Shown: positions 48,220 to 58,516, counted from the first letter of the stretch. The stretch is 64,000 bases of DNA from an uncultured bacterium (GCA_964567755.1 CAZMNW010000047.1:80229-144228); one strand, 5' to 3'. The notes: generated by a model not told the origin, from the letters alone. Translations and numbers: made by a program.

Positions 48220-49278
48220 GTGTCCGCCGACGCATCCGTCGTCTTCTGGCTCGGCCTGGTGCTGATCGCAGGCGGGTTCCTCTACGTCATCAGCCGCGGT
48301 CCGAGGAAGAGCCCGTCGCAACCCGACCACTACGCCACCGCGCTCAATTACATCCTGCACGACGATTGGGATGGCGCCCTCGACAGCTTGCGCCGCGCCG
48401 CCCAAGCCGGGAACACCAGCGCCGATGTCTACATCAAGCTCGGCAGCTTGCTGCGCCGCCGAGGCAACTTTGCCACCGCGTTGCAGATCCACCAGACTCT
48501 CACCGTGCGGCAAGACCTGACTGCGGAAGAGCGCAGCACGGTGCAACGCTGCCTGGTCGAAGATCTGCGCGCCCTCGGTCGCCGTCGCGAAGCCCTGCGG
48601 GCCCTGCAACAGCTGGCGACGGACGGCCACGACCCGGCGCTGCAGCGCGAGATCGCCCAGGAGGCGCTGCACGTGGGCGACTTCATCACGGCGGAGAAGG
48701 CCATTCGCAGCGGCCGCACGGCCGGCGTCATCGAGCGCGCCGATCTCGCCCGATTCCTGGCCGCAATCGGCGACCGCTGCCGCCAACTGGAGCAGCGCGC
48801 GGAGGCCAAACGGACTTACCAGGAGGCGCTCAAAGAGAACGGCAATTGCGAACAGGCTCTGCTCGGCATGGGAGATCTCGCCTACGAGGAAGGGGATCAC
48901 GACAGCGCCCTTTACTATTGGCAGAAGCTCGCGTTCAGCACCGGTGGAGACATCCCGGAATTGTTCGAACGCCTGGAGAAGGTGTACTTCGATCTGGGAA
49001 AGTTCAGCGACATGGAGCGCGTCTACGCCCAGATCCTCGAGAAACGCCCGCGCGATCAGCAGGCGTTGCTCGCTGCCGCGCGGCTGGCGACGAAGAAAGG
49101 TCAGGTCGAGGAAGCCGAGCGCTTGCTGCGCGCCGCGCTAGAACTGGCACCCGAATCGCCGCGCGCCTTCCAGCTCCTGGCGCACCTGCTGCTCGAGCAG
49201 GGGAAGACGCTCGAAACGCGCCAAATCGTCGACAACCATGTCGATCGCCTGCAGTCACGAGGTACGCTCAAGGCGTGA
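48220..49278 (+). CDS. LapB/YciM-like TPR protein (LPS assembly regulator homolog) lacking the C-terminal rubredoxin domain
   Basis: N-terminal TM anchor 'VVFWLGLVLIAGGFLYVI'. 'ALNYILHDDWDGALDSLRRAAQ...YIKLGSLLRRRGNFATALQIHQTL' aligns to E. coli LapB 'GVNFLLSNQQDKAVDLF...HLTLGNLFRSRGEVDRAIRIHQTL'. TPRs run throughout. No CxxC...CxxC tail. Confidence 0.7.
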   Translation: MSADASVVFWLGLVLIAGGFLYVISRGPRKSPSQPDHYATALNYILHDDWDGALDSLRRAAQAGNTSADVYIKLGSLLRRRGNFATALQIHQTLTVRQDLTAEERSTVQRCLVEDLRALGRRREALRALQQLATDGHDPALQREIAQEALHVGDFITAEKAIRSGRTAGVIERADLARFLAAIGDRCRQLEQRAEAKRTYQEALKENGNCEQALLGMGDLAYEEGDHDSALYYWQKLAFSTGGDIPELFERLEKVYFDLGKFSDMERVYAQILEKRPRDQQALLAAARLATKKGQVEEAERLLRAALELAPESPRAFQLLAHLLLEQGKTLETRQIVDNHVDRLQSRGTLKA

Positions 49279-49295
49279 AGGATTCCACACGAGAG

Positions 49296-50333
49296 ATGCG
49301 ACGCGGCACCATTTCGCCGCGCGCCGGCGGGATGGCCGTGGTCACGGCGGTGCTGTGCGCCATCTTCCTGGTGTCGCCGCGCGCAGCAGAGGCGCAGGCG
49401 CTCGACGAGGCAGCGGACCTGCAGCGGCGGTTGCAATACGACGCCGCGCGTGCGCGCGTCGAAGCCAGCCTGCACGAGCTCGACGGCGAACCCAGGGCGG
49501 CGGCCTTTCTGCTGCTCGCCGAGCTCACGACCGACCACAAGGAATCGCGGCGGTTCTTGCGCGAAGCGCAGCAAGCCGCGCCCGGCGGGGACATGGCGCG
49601 GCGCGCCGACATCGAGCTTGCAAGGCTCGATTTCGCCCGCGGCAACTACAGCAGCGTGCGTTCCCGACTCGAGTCCCATGGCGACGATGAAGCGCGCTGG
49701 CTCGTTGGTTGCAGCTGGGTGGCGCTCGCCGAACCGTCTCGTGCAGTAACGGCGCTCGCCGACTTGCATACACCGGCGGCCACGCTCCGGCACGCTTGGG
49801 CCATGCGCGAGGCAGGCGATGCCGCGGCGGCGTTGCGCGCCCTCGACCCGATGGCAGCGGAGGGCGGCGATTTTCGTGCCACGGCGCTGCTGTGGAAAGC
49901 CGAGTGCGAGGCCGAGCTCGGGCAGGCTCAAGCCGCGCGGGCGACGGCCGCCACGCTGCTGCAACGCTTCCCGCATGCGCCCGAGTCGATGCTGATCGAG
50001 CCGACGCTCACCGCTTTGCGTCAGACCGCGCTATCGGCCCCGGATCCGGGCGCGCCGTCATCGCAACATCCGACCACGGCGACGCCGGCCGGGCCGCTCG
50101 TCTTGTTGCAGGTGGGTGCCTTCGCAACGCGCGCCAACGCGCAGCGAATGCGCGACGAGCTGCCACCCGACTTGAGCCCGGTGCGCATCGACGAGGTGCG
50201 CCAGGGCAGCCGGAATTTCTTCCGCGTCAGCATCGGACCGTTCGAGAGCGCCGATGTCGCGTCCGCCTACGCGCGCGAACGGTTGGCGCCGCGTCAGATG
50301 GAATGGCGACTCGTGCGGCCGGAGTCGCCATGA
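49296..50333 (+). CDS. SPOR-domain protein with N-terminal TPR-like helical region
   Basis: Signal/anchor 'MAVVTAVLCAIFLVSPRAAEA'. C-terminal SPOR fold 'LVLLQVGAFATRANAQRMRDEL...FFRVSIGPFESADVASAY'. Confidence 0.7.
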   Translation: MRRGTISPRAGGMAVVTAVLCAIFLVSPRAAEAQALDEAADLQRRLQYDAARARVEASLHELDGEPRAAAFLLLAELTTDHKESRRFLREAQQAAPGGDMARRADIELARLDFARGNYSSVRSRLESHGDDEARWLVGCSWVALAEPSRAVTALADLHTPAATLRHAWAMREAGDAAAALRALDPMAAEGGDFRATALLWKAECEAELGQAQAARATAATLLQRFPHAPESMLIEPTLTALRQTALSAPDPGAPSSQHPTTATPAGPLVLLQVGAFATRANAQRMRDELPPDLSPVRIDEVRQGSRNFFRVSIGPFESADVASAYARERLAPRQMEWRLVRPESP

Positions 50334-52972
50334 GCCTGCCGCCCGCAGGCACCGAGCCGCCGCCAACCGCCATCAAGCAGACACCGATGATGACGCAGTA
50401 CCTGGACATCAAGCGCCAGCATCCGGACGCCATCCTGCTGTTCCGCATGGGCGACTTCTACGAGACTTTTCACGGCGACGCCGAAATCTCGAGCCGCGTG
50501 CTCGGCATCGCGCTCACGACCCGGGATCGTGCCTCCGCCGCGCCAGTGCCGCTCGCGGGCGTGCCCTTTCACAGCGTCGACGGCTACATCGCGCGACTGC
50601 TGCGCGCCGGCTACAAGGTCGCGGTGTGCGAGCAACTGGAGGATCCGGCCCTCGCCAAGGGTCTGGTGAAACGCGCGGTCACCGAGGTGCTGACGCCCGG
50701 AACGGCGATCACTCCGGGGCTGTTGGCCGAACGCGACGGTCACTACGCCATGTGTCTGGCGGCCGAGAGCGACGGCGACGCGTCCAAGCCCATGGGGTTC
50801 GCGTTCCTCGATTTCTCCACCGGCGAGTTCGGCCTCGGAGAACGCCCGGCGGGGGAGTGCTTCGATCTCGTGGCGCGGTATGCGCCGCGCGAGATGTTCC
50901 TGCCCCAGAGCTGCATGGGCAGCCCCTTCGAAGCCGCACTCGCGCGCCGATTCGAGACCATGCCGTGTGCGCACGTGGAGGACGCTTTGTTCACGCCGCG
51001 CTTGGCGCGCCAAGCGCTCCTCGGCCACTTCGCCGTGGCTGCGCTCGATGGACTCGACTGCCAAGATCTTCCCGAAGGCGTGCGCGCCGCTGGCGCCTTG
51101 CTCGAATACGGCAGCCGACTCAAGCATGCACGCATCGATGCTGTCACCCGCTTGCAGGTGGTTCGATCCGCACAGGAGATGTTCCTCGATGAAGACACGC
51201 TTGCGAACTTGGAGATCTTCCGCTCTGGACGCGGCCAAGATGCCTCGGTGACGCTCGTCCACCACTTGGATGCCTGCGGCACGGCGATGGGTTCGCGCAT
51301 GCTGCGGCGCTGGTTGCGCGCGCCGCTGCGCGATCGGGCGCAAGCGGAAGCGCGCCACGAAGCCGTGAGTTGGGGCAGCACCCACGTCGAGCCACTGAAC
51401 GAGCTGCGCCAGATCCTGGCGCAGGTGGGCGACTTGGAACGTCTTTTCGGTCGAATCGCCGCCGATCGGGCCGCGCCACGTGACCTCGTGGCTTTCGCCG
51501 ACAGCGCCGCACGCATTCCGCATCTGTTGGCGCGGCTGCAGTCGGTCCCGGGGGCGTTGATCGCCAGCCTCCGCCACGCGCTCGATCCGCTCGCCGATTT
51601 GACCGACGACGTGCGCCGCACACTCGTCGACGAACCGCCGCCGCATCTGCGCGAGGGCGGCGTCATTCGTCCCGGCGTGTCGGACGAGCTCGATGCGCTC
51701 CTCGACTCCACCCGATCGGCGCGCGAGTGGATCGCGGCGCTGCAAACGAGCGAACGCAATGCCACCGGCATCGCCAAGCTCAAAGTGGGCTACAACAAGG
51801 TATTCGGCTACTACCTCGAAGTGCCCCGGGGCCAGGCCGACAAGGTCCCCTCGCACTACGACCCGAAGCAAACCCTCGTCAGCGCGCAGCGCTACATCAC
51901 GCCAGAGCTCAAGGACAAGGAGCAAATGGTGCTGCGCGCCGAAGACGAACGCATCCGCATCGAAACCCGTCTGTTCGCAGCGCTGCGCCAGCGCCTGGCG
52001 GCAGAGGCGGCGCGCGTCGAGCGCAGCGCGCAGGCGCTGGCGACATTGGACGTGCTCACCGCCTTCGCCCACGTGGCACGCAAGCGCGACTACGTGCGTC
52101 CGATCCTGAACGATGGCGATGGGATTCACGTGCTCCAGGGCCGGCACCCCGTGGTCGAGGCGCTGCTGCCGGCCTCGTTCGTGCCCAACGATGTCGAGCT
52201 CGGCCGCGATGCAGCCCAGATCCTGGTCATTACCGGCCCGAACATGGGGGGCAAGTCCACTTTCCTGCGCCAAGTGGCGCTTATCGTTCTCATGGCCTAT
52301 GCGGGCAGTTTCGTGCCCGCCGCGAGCGCCGAAATCGGGCGCGTCGATCGTATTTTCACCCGCGTCGGGGCGTCGGACAATCTGGCGCGCGGCCAGAGCA
52401 CGTTTCTCGTCGAGATGACGGAGACCGCCAAGATCCTCAATGCCTGCACCGACCAAAGCCTCGTCATCCTCGACGAGGTCGGGCGGGGCACCAGTACGCA
52501 CGATGGGATGAGTCTGGCATGGGCGGTGTTGGAATACTTGCACGGGCTCGGCCCGGCGCGGCCGAGAACGTTGTTCGCCACCCATTACCACGAGCTCACG
52601 GTGCTGGAGGAAACGCTGCCGCGGCTGCGCAATCTCACGGTCGCGGTGAAGGAATGGCAGGACGACATCGTCTTTCTGCACAAGGTCGAACGCGGGCGCG
52701 CCGACAAGAGTTACGGCATCCAAGTGGCGAAGCTCGCCGGTTTGCCCAAGCAGGTCTTGGAGCGCGCGCGCGTGCTGCTCGTCGAGCACGAGGCGATGGA
52801 GCAGCGGCTTGGTCACGTCGCCGAGGCCGAGCCTACAGCGCAAGCGGTGCAGATCGACCTCTTCGCGGCTCTCGAGCGCCGGGTGGCCGATCTGCTGCGG
52901 CGCTCGAGCCCCGAGACCATGTCGCCAGACGCTGCGCGGGAGTTCCTGTTGCAGCTGCGCCGACTGCTGTAA
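50330..52972 (+). CDS. mutS: DNA mismatch repair protein MutS
   Basis: 'TPMMTQYLDIKRQHPDAILLFRMGDFYETF' (mismatch-binding domain), Walker A 'ITGPNMGGKSTFLRQ' and 'DEVGRGTSTHDG'. ATG overlaps the SPOR gene stop (ATGA). Confidence 0.95.
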   Translation: MSLPPAGTEPPPTAIKQTPMMTQYLDIKRQHPDAILLFRMGDFYETFHGDAEISSRVLGIALTTRDRASAAPVPLAGVPFHSVDGYIARLLRAGYKVAVCEQLEDPALAKGLVKRAVTEVLTPGTAITPGLLAERDGHYAMCLAAESDGDASKPMGFAFLDFSTGEFGLGERPAGECFDLVARYAPREMFLPQSCMGSPFEAALARRFETMPCAHVEDALFTPRLARQALLGHFAVAALDGLDCQDLPEGVRAAGALLEYGSRLKHARIDAVTRLQVVRSAQEMFLDEDTLANLEIFRSGRGQDASVTLVHHLDACGTAMGSRMLRRWLRAPLRDRAQAEARHEAVSWGSTHVEPLNELRQILAQVGDLERLFGRIAADRAAPRDLVAFADSAARIPHLLARLQSVPGALIASLRHALDPLADLTDDVRRTLVDEPPPHLREGGVIRPGVSDELDALLDSTRSAREWIAALQTSERNATGIAKLKVGYNKVFGYYLEVPRGQADKVPSHYDPKQTLVSAQRYITPELKDKEQMVLRAEDERIRIETRLFAALRQRLAAEAARVERSAQALATLDVLTAFAHVARKRDYVRPILNDGDGIHVLQGRHPVVEALLPASFVPNDVELGRDAAQILVITGPNMGGKSTFLRQVALIVLMAYAGSFVPAASAEIGRVDRIFTRVGASDNLARGQSTFLVEMTETAKILNACTDQSLVILDEVGRGTSTHDGMSLAWAVLEYLHGLGPARPRTLFATHYHELTVLEETLPRLRNLTVAVKEWQDDIVFLHKVERGRADKSYGIQVAKLAGLPKQVLERARVLLVEHEAMEQRLGHVAEAEPTAQAVQIDLFAALERRVADLLRRSSPETMSPDAAREFLLQLRRLL

Positions 52973-53176
52973 CTGCAAGGTTCATTGTCTGCACCGCGCT
53001 TGATCTCCAGCAACACTCGAGCTCACGCCTTGAACCGCCTCTGATTACTGGATGCCGTTCTTCGCTTGCGTTCCAGGCGCAACAGCCTCGAACCGCCGCT
53101 GGATGGCGCATGGCTTGCTTTTGGATCATCCACGGTGACAACGGCGTAGCCGCATTCCAAACCCCTCGAGGCCGCG

Positions 53177-55504
53177 ATGGCGGACAGCGTTTCCAAGCCA
53201 CGAGTGGCGTTGCTCGGCGCCCGCGAGGCGGACATCGAGATCTTCGCTGAACTGCAGCGACAGGATCGTGTGCATTTGGTCGCGGTGTATGACCCCGATC
53301 CGACCGCTCCCGGTCTGGCGCTGGCAGAGATCTCTGGTGTGCGCGCGGGTGCCGACACGATGGCCCGGGATCGTCTGGCGAGCGCCGAGATCATCGTGCT
53401 GCCCACGCAGCGTCTGGCTTACCAGGCGGCGATCGACTGGTGCAGTGGTCTGCGCGCGGAATTGATCGGCGGCGCCGAGGCACGCAAGCGCTGGGGCGGC
53501 GCCCTCGGCGTTTCCCCGGCGCCGCAGGGCGATGCGATCACGCTCACGGCACGCCTTGCCGAGCTCGAGCAAGCCTGCACGCGGCTCGAGGTGCTGGACG
53601 AGCTGGGCGAGTGGCTCCTCGAAGCCTGCATGCGCGCGGTCGGCGCGACAGGTGGCTCGCTGCAACTCCTCGCCGCCGACACCGAGGAGCTCTACTTGCT
53701 CGCGGCGCGCGGTCTGGCGGAGGACGTGTTACGCCACGCGCGGCACCCATTGGGAGAGCCGATCTCCGGTCTGGCTGCTGTCATGCGCAGCGCACAATTG
53801 CTGCACGGGGACCAGCCCGGACGCGTGCCGACCCAACGTGGTGCGGTGAGCTCGGCGGTGTGCGTGCCGCTCGTGACGTCGAGCGGCGGGCTCGTGGGCG
53901 TGCTCAATGTGTCGTCGACCGTGCCGGGGCGGCGCTTCGGCAGCCAGGATCTCGAAGATCTACGACAGGCTGCACCCCGCATGGCAGCGCTGCTCGAGCG
54001 CGCGCGGCGTTTCACCACCACTTCGACTTCGCCCCAGGTCCACTTCATCGCCACCCTCGCGGAGCTCGGAGCGAAGACCCCGGATCCTGCCACCGCGTTC
54101 GTGGCCTTGACGCGTGAGATCTGTCGGCTCTTCGATGCCGAGTCCGCCAGCATCCACGTGGCAACCGACGAGGGCGAATGGCTGCAGCTGGCGTCGGCGT
54201 CGGAGGCCGGCATCACCGCACCACCGGCGAGTCGAGCGCTGGCATCTCGCGCCTTTCTCGAGCGCCAGTGGGTGCACGTCGCGGAACAGGAGTCGAGTGT
54301 GGTCGCGCCCGGGACCGACCTCATCGCCGCGGCGGTGGAACGCGCGCTGTCGCCGGTCGACACCAACCCCTTGCGCTCGAGCGTGTATGTGCCGCTCGTC
54401 GGCACGCTGCCGGTAGGCGTGCTCCGCGTCGTCTTCGCCCGCTTGGCGACGGCGGAAGCATTCGCGGTCCACGGTCCGCCCGTGGTGTGCCAACTCGCGC
54501 TCTACGTCGAAGCGCGCGTCCGTCAGCGCCAGCTCGAGGCGCGCCTGGGCCGGAGCGCGCGCTTGACACGCGCCCTGCCGCAACTGCAAGAGGCCGCTGC
54601 GCAGGGGACACTCGACACCTTCCTGGTGCGCGAAGCCGCCCTGCTCGTGGGCGCCGAACGCGCCATGTTGCGTCACGTAGACGAGGTGCGTCGCACCTAT
54701 TCACGGCCGATCGCACACGGCATCCCCGACACGAGCGCCGAGGCGTGGCGAACCGTGGATGCCCGCGTCACCGAAACCACGTTGCAGAATCGCCGCGTCG
54801 ATCTGCGCACCACGCAGTCCGTGGCCTCCGAACGACTCGATCAGGCGCCACGGACGCGATCATTCGTGTCGGTGCCGATCCAGCAGCAGGATCGCATCGT
54901 CGCCGTGCTCAATGTCTACGACAAGCTGCCGCACGACCCGCTCGAGGGCGCCGCATTCTCGCCCTTCGATCGCGAGCTGTTGGAGAGCCTGGGAAATGTG
55001 GCGGCGGCACTGTGGCTGCGCCCTGCGGCGCCGGAGCGCCCGGCGCTCGGCGCCAAAACGCCTGCGGCTCCGGCACCTCCGGCCGCATTGCCGGTGCTCG
55101 AACTCGAGAGCAAACGTCTGCGCGAGGAGCTGCATCGCGAGATCGCGCGTGCCCAACGCCACCAGCGCCAGCTCGGCATCGCCTTGCTGCACGTGCAAGG
55201 TCTCGATCGCCTCGCCGAACCCGAACGGGAGCGGATCGCGTCACAGATCGACGGGTTGCTGCGCGATTACGTGCGCAGCAGCGACTTGGTGGGTTGGTAC
55301 GGCCCCGACCGGGTGATGATCGTCTCGCCCGAAGCCGACGCGAGCGGTCACGAGCTCGAGACCCGCGTGCGCGCCCTCCTGGTCGACAAGCTACCGCAAG
55401 CGACTGCGACGCGACTCGCGGTCCGCCTCGGCACCAGCAGCTACCCCAACGACGGCGACGACGCTGCGTTGTTGCTGCAGGCTGCGGTGGCGCGTTTGTC
55501 CTGA
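53177..55504 (+). CDS. Multi-GAF-domain signalling protein with degenerate C-terminal GGDEF-like domain and N-terminal domain of unknown function
   Basis: Three GAF-like modules (each ending in a 'VPLV...G.L.V' beta-strand pattern). C-terminal region 'LLHVQGLDRLAEPERERIASQIDGLLRDYVRSSDLVGWYGPDRVMIVSP' resembles a GGDEF domain, but the GG(D/E)EF signature is replaced by 'GWYGPDR'. Confidence 0.6.
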   Translation: MADSVSKPRVALLGAREADIEIFAELQRQDRVHLVAVYDPDPTAPGLALAEISGVRAGADTMARDRLASAEIIVLPTQRLAYQAAIDWCSGLRAELIGGAEARKRWGGALGVSPAPQGDAITLTARLAELEQACTRLEVLDELGEWLLEACMRAVGATGGSLQLLAADTEELYLLAARGLAEDVLRHARHPLGEPISGLAAVMRSAQLLHGDQPGRVPTQRGAVSSAVCVPLVTSSGGLVGVLNVSSTVPGRRFGSQDLEDLRQAAPRMAALLERARRFTTTSTSPQVHFIATLAELGAKTPDPATAFVALTREICRLFDAESASIHVATDEGEWLQLASASEAGITAPPASRALASRAFLERQWVHVAEQESSVVAPGTDLIAAAVERALSPVDTNPLRSSVYVPLVGTLPVGVLRVVFARLATAEAFAVHGPPVVCQLALYVEARVRQRQLEARLGRSARLTRALPQLQEAAAQGTLDTFLVREAALLVGAERAMLRHVDEVRRTYSRPIAHGIPDTSAEAWRTVDARVTETTLQNRRVDLRTTQSVASERLDQAPRTRSFVSVPIQQQDRIVAVLNVYDKLPHDPLEGAAFSPFDRELLESLGNVAAALWLRPAAPERPALGAKTPAAPAPPAALPVLELESKRLREELHREIARAQRHQRQLGIALLHVQGLDRLAEPERERIASQIDGLLRDYVRSSDLVGWYGPDRVMIVSPEADASGHELETRVRALLVDKLPQATATRLAVRLGTSSYPNDGDDAALLLQAAVARLS

Positions 55505-55538
55505 TCGGGACGCGACGCTGGCAGGGTCTGCCTGTGCT

Positions 55539-57425
55539 ATGGTTGCGCGCACCATGAGTCGCATCACCATCCTCGATTCGAACACCGTCAACAAGATCGC
55601 CGCCGGCGAGGTCGTCGAGCGACCGGCCGCCGTGGTGAAAGAGCTGCTCGACAACGCCCTCGACGCGCGCGCCACTCGCATCACCATCACGCTCGAGAAT
55701 GGCGGCCGCGGGCTGGTGCAGGTCTCCGACGACGGCGCCGGCATGGCGCCCGAGGATCTGCCCTTGGCCGTGCAGCGTCACGCCACCAGCAAGCTGCAAG
55801 TGATCGAGGACTTGTTGCGCATCGGCACGCTTGGATTCCGCGGCGAAGCGCTGGCTGCGATCGCGGCGGTGTCGCGCCTGTCGCTCACCTCGCGCGAGCC
55901 GAGCTGCGAGGTGGGGCACCGCCTCGAGGTGAATGCGGGTCGCAGCGGACCGGTGCGTCCAGTGGCTTCGCCGCTCGGCACCACGGTGGCCGTGGCCGAG
56001 GTCTTTCACAACGTCCGCGCGCGCCGCGAGTTTCTGCGCACCCCGCAGGTGGAACGCCGCGCCATCCTCGACATCGCCACCACCTACGCGCTCGCACACC
56101 CGCAGTTGCGGCTGTTGTTGCGCGACGATGGTCGCGACCTCCTCGACCTGCGGCCGGCGGCGACGCTGCGCGAGCGCGCTGCCGCTGTTCTCGGTCGCCC
56201 GACCGAAGCGCACCTCGTCGATGTATTCGCCGAGCGCGATGCGGTGCGCGTCGAAGGCTTGGCCGGCAAGCCGCCCTTCGGCTATCGCAATCGTTCGCAA
56301 CAGTTCGTCTTCGTCAACGGCCGCCCTGTGCGCGACCGCACCGTTTCCTTCGCCATCGTGCATGCCTACCGGCACGCGATGGAACCGGAACGCTACCCGG
56401 TGGCCATCTTGTTCGTGTCGCTGCCGGCCGAGCATGTCGACGTCAACGTGCACCCGACGAAAACCGAGGTCCGCTTCCGCGACGAGAGACTCTTGCACGG
56501 CGTCGTTGTCCGGGCGCTGCGCGACGCCGTGGGCCCGCTTTTGCCGGCGGATCTCGACCAGCTGCCGCAGCCCGAGCGCGCGATCTCGATCCTCAAGCCG
56601 TGGGGCGAGGTGGCAGCGCGGCAAGACCTGCCCCTGCCTGGGCAGGGCTGTTCGCACGCCGATGGCTTGCAGATCGCCAAGACCTTGCTCACGCCGCCAA
56701 GTTCCGCGACGCACACGCTCGCACCGTCTGCAGAGGAGGCGTTCGCCGGCGCGCCAGGACCGGACGCGAGCGACACGATGCAGAGGTCTCCGGCCGACCC
56801 CGGTGGCGCGTCGCTGTTGTTCGAAACGTCGACACGCCGGCCCGACGTCGCCAGCGACGAAGCGCTGTATTGGCAGCTGCACAACGCCTACGTGATGATC
56901 CAGATCAAGAACGGCGTCGTCATCGTCGACCAGCACGCAGCGCACGAGCGCATTCTCTACGACCGCGCGCTGGCGGCCCTCGACGGCAGGCGACCGAGCC
57001 TGCAACGACTGTTGTTCCCGATCTCGCTCGAACTGTCGGTGCGCCAGTACGCCGCCTACGAAGAAAGTCGCGATCTATTCGAGCAGCTTGGCTTCCAGGT
57101 GCGACCGTTCGGCGTGCGCAGCGTTCTGGTGGAAGAAATCCCCGGCGAGATGGCGCGTTGGGACGAAGGCGCCATCTTGCTCGGCATCCTCGATGACCTG
57201 GCGGAGAACCGCGAGCACGACCGCCTGCCGCTGCGCGACCAGGTGCTCGCGAGCTACTCGTGCCGTGCCGCCATCATGCAAGGCAAGCGACTTGGGGTTG
57301 CCGAAATGCGCGCGCTCATGGATCAGCTCTTCGCCACCCCGCGCCCCTACACCTGCCCGCATGGCCGCCCGACCTTGCTGCGCATCGGCCTCGAGGACCT
57401 CGATCGTCGCTTCGGTCGCACGTGA
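55539..57425 (+). CDS. mutL: DNA mismatch repair protein MutL
   Basis: GHKL ATPase N-terminus 'ITILDSNTVNKIAAGEVVERPAAVVKELLDNALDA...LVQVSDDGAGM'. C-terminal dimerisation domain. The start could be the internal ATG at 55554 ('MSRITIL'). Confidence 0.9.
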   Translation: MVARTMSRITILDSNTVNKIAAGEVVERPAAVVKELLDNALDARATRITITLENGGRGLVQVSDDGAGMAPEDLPLAVQRHATSKLQVIEDLLRIGTLGFRGEALAAIAAVSRLSLTSREPSCEVGHRLEVNAGRSGPVRPVASPLGTTVAVAEVFHNVRARREFLRTPQVERRAILDIATTYALAHPQLRLLLRDDGRDLLDLRPAATLRERAAAVLGRPTEAHLVDVFAERDAVRVEGLAGKPPFGYRNRSQQFVFVNGRPVRDRTVSFAIVHAYRHAMEPERYPVAILFVSLPAEHVDVNVHPTKTEVRFRDERLLHGVVVRALRDAVGPLLPADLDQLPQPERAISILKPWGEVAARQDLPLPGQGCSHADGLQIAKTLLTPPSSATHTLAPSAEEAFAGAPGPDASDTMQRSPADPGGASLLFETSTRRPDVASDEALYWQLHNAYVMIQIKNGVVIVDQHAAHERILYDRALAALDGRRPSLQRLLFPISLELSVRQYAAYEESRDLFEQLGFQVRPFGVRSVLVEEIPGEMARWDEGAILLGILDDLAENREHDRLPLRDQVLASYSCRAAIMQGKRLGVAEMRALMDQLFATPRPYTCPHGRPTLLRIGLEDLDRRFGRT

Positions 57426-57427
57426 GC

Positions 57428-58399
57428 ATGGCCAGAGCGGTGGGTTCGAGCCCGGCGCCGATCGCGGCCGTACTCTGTGGCCCGACCGCGAGCGGCAAGA
57501 CCGATTTGGCGCTGCAGCTCGCTTCAAGGCTCTCCCTCGAGATCATCTCGGCGGACTCGCGTCAGGTCTACCGCCATCTCGACATCGGCACAGCGAAGCC
57601 GACCGCAGCCGAACGCGACGCTGTCCCGCACCACCTGGTGGACTTTCTCGCCCTCGACGAGACCTACAACGCGGCGCGTTTTGCCGCCGATGCATGGGCG
57701 CTCTGCGCGGCGATTCGAGCCCGCGGTCGTTTGCCGCTCGTGGTTGGTGGTGCGGGCTTCTACCTGCAGGTTCTGCAGCACGGACTGTTCGAGGCCCCGT
57801 TCAACGACGCGCGTTTGCGCGAGGTGCGCGCAGAACTGTCGGCGTGGAGCACGCCGGCAATCCAGGCCGAGCTCGAGCGTCGCGATCCGCGGCGCGCGGC
57901 CGTCATCCACGCGCACGATCGCTACCGTTTGGCGCGCGCGCTGGAGATCTGCGTCGCTTCCGACTCGAGCGTGACCGCGCTCACCGCCGCGCGCCGTGCG
58001 GCGCCGCCCCGTTTCGCCACCTGTCGTCTGCAACTGCCGCGCGCGACATTGCATCATCGGATCGCGACACGCGCGACGCACATGCTGTCCGCCGGCTGGA
58101 TCGAGGAAGTGCAGGTGCTGCTCGCGGCGGGAACCGACGCTTGCGTGCCCGGGTTGCACGCCCTCGGCTATCCGCACGTCGTCGCCTATCTTCAGGGCCG
58201 ACTGACGCGCGATCGACTCGAGGAGCGCATCGTCCGCGACACGCGACGTTTCGCCCGCCACCAGGAAACATGGTTCCGCAAGGCTGGGGACGCGCTCGCA
58301 CTCGAAGCCGGCGCGGCGGAGAACGCTGCATTTCTCGCGGCGCAATGGCTGTCCCTGGTGCCCGGAACCGACGCCAACGCCGCGACCGGCGCCGGTTGA
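57428..58399 (+). CDS. miaA: tRNA dimethylallyltransferase
   Basis: P-loop 'AAVLCGPTASGKTDLALQLA' and 'EIISADSRQVYRHLDIGTAKPT'. Classic mutL-miaA adjacency. An alternative GTG start at 57422 overlaps the mutL stop. Confidence 0.9.
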   Translation: MARAVGSSPAPIAAVLCGPTASGKTDLALQLASRLSLEIISADSRQVYRHLDIGTAKPTAAERDAVPHHLVDFLALDETYNAARFAADAWALCAAIRARGRLPLVVGGAGFYLQVLQHGLFEAPFNDARLREVRAELSAWSTPAIQAELERRDPRRAAVIHAHDRYRLARALEICVASDSSVTALTAARRAAPPRFATCRLQLPRATLHHRIATRATHMLSAGWIEEVQVLLAAGTDACVPGLHALGYPHVVAYLQGRLTRDRLEERIVRDTRRFARHQETWFRKAGDALALEAGAAENAAFLAAQWLSLVPGTDANAATGAG

Positions 58400-58440
58400 C
58401 GCCCCGCGCGAGCCGATGCTAGGGTCGGACGGTCATTCGA

Positions 58441-58516
58441 GCGGGTGTAGCTCAGTTGGTAGAGCATCAGCTTCCCAAGCTGAGGGTCGCGGGTTCGACC
58501 CCCGTCGCCCGCTCCA
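58441..58516 (+). tRNA. tRNA-Gly (anticodon CCC), CCA encoded
   Basis: Hand-folded cloverleaf. Acceptor GCGGGTG/CGCCCGC, D-arm GCTC-AGTTGGTA-GAGC, anticodon stem TCAGC/GCTGA with loop TTCCCAA (anticodon CCC), variable GGGTC, T-arm GCGGG-TTCGACC-CCCGT, discriminator U, then CCA. Confidence 0.8.
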
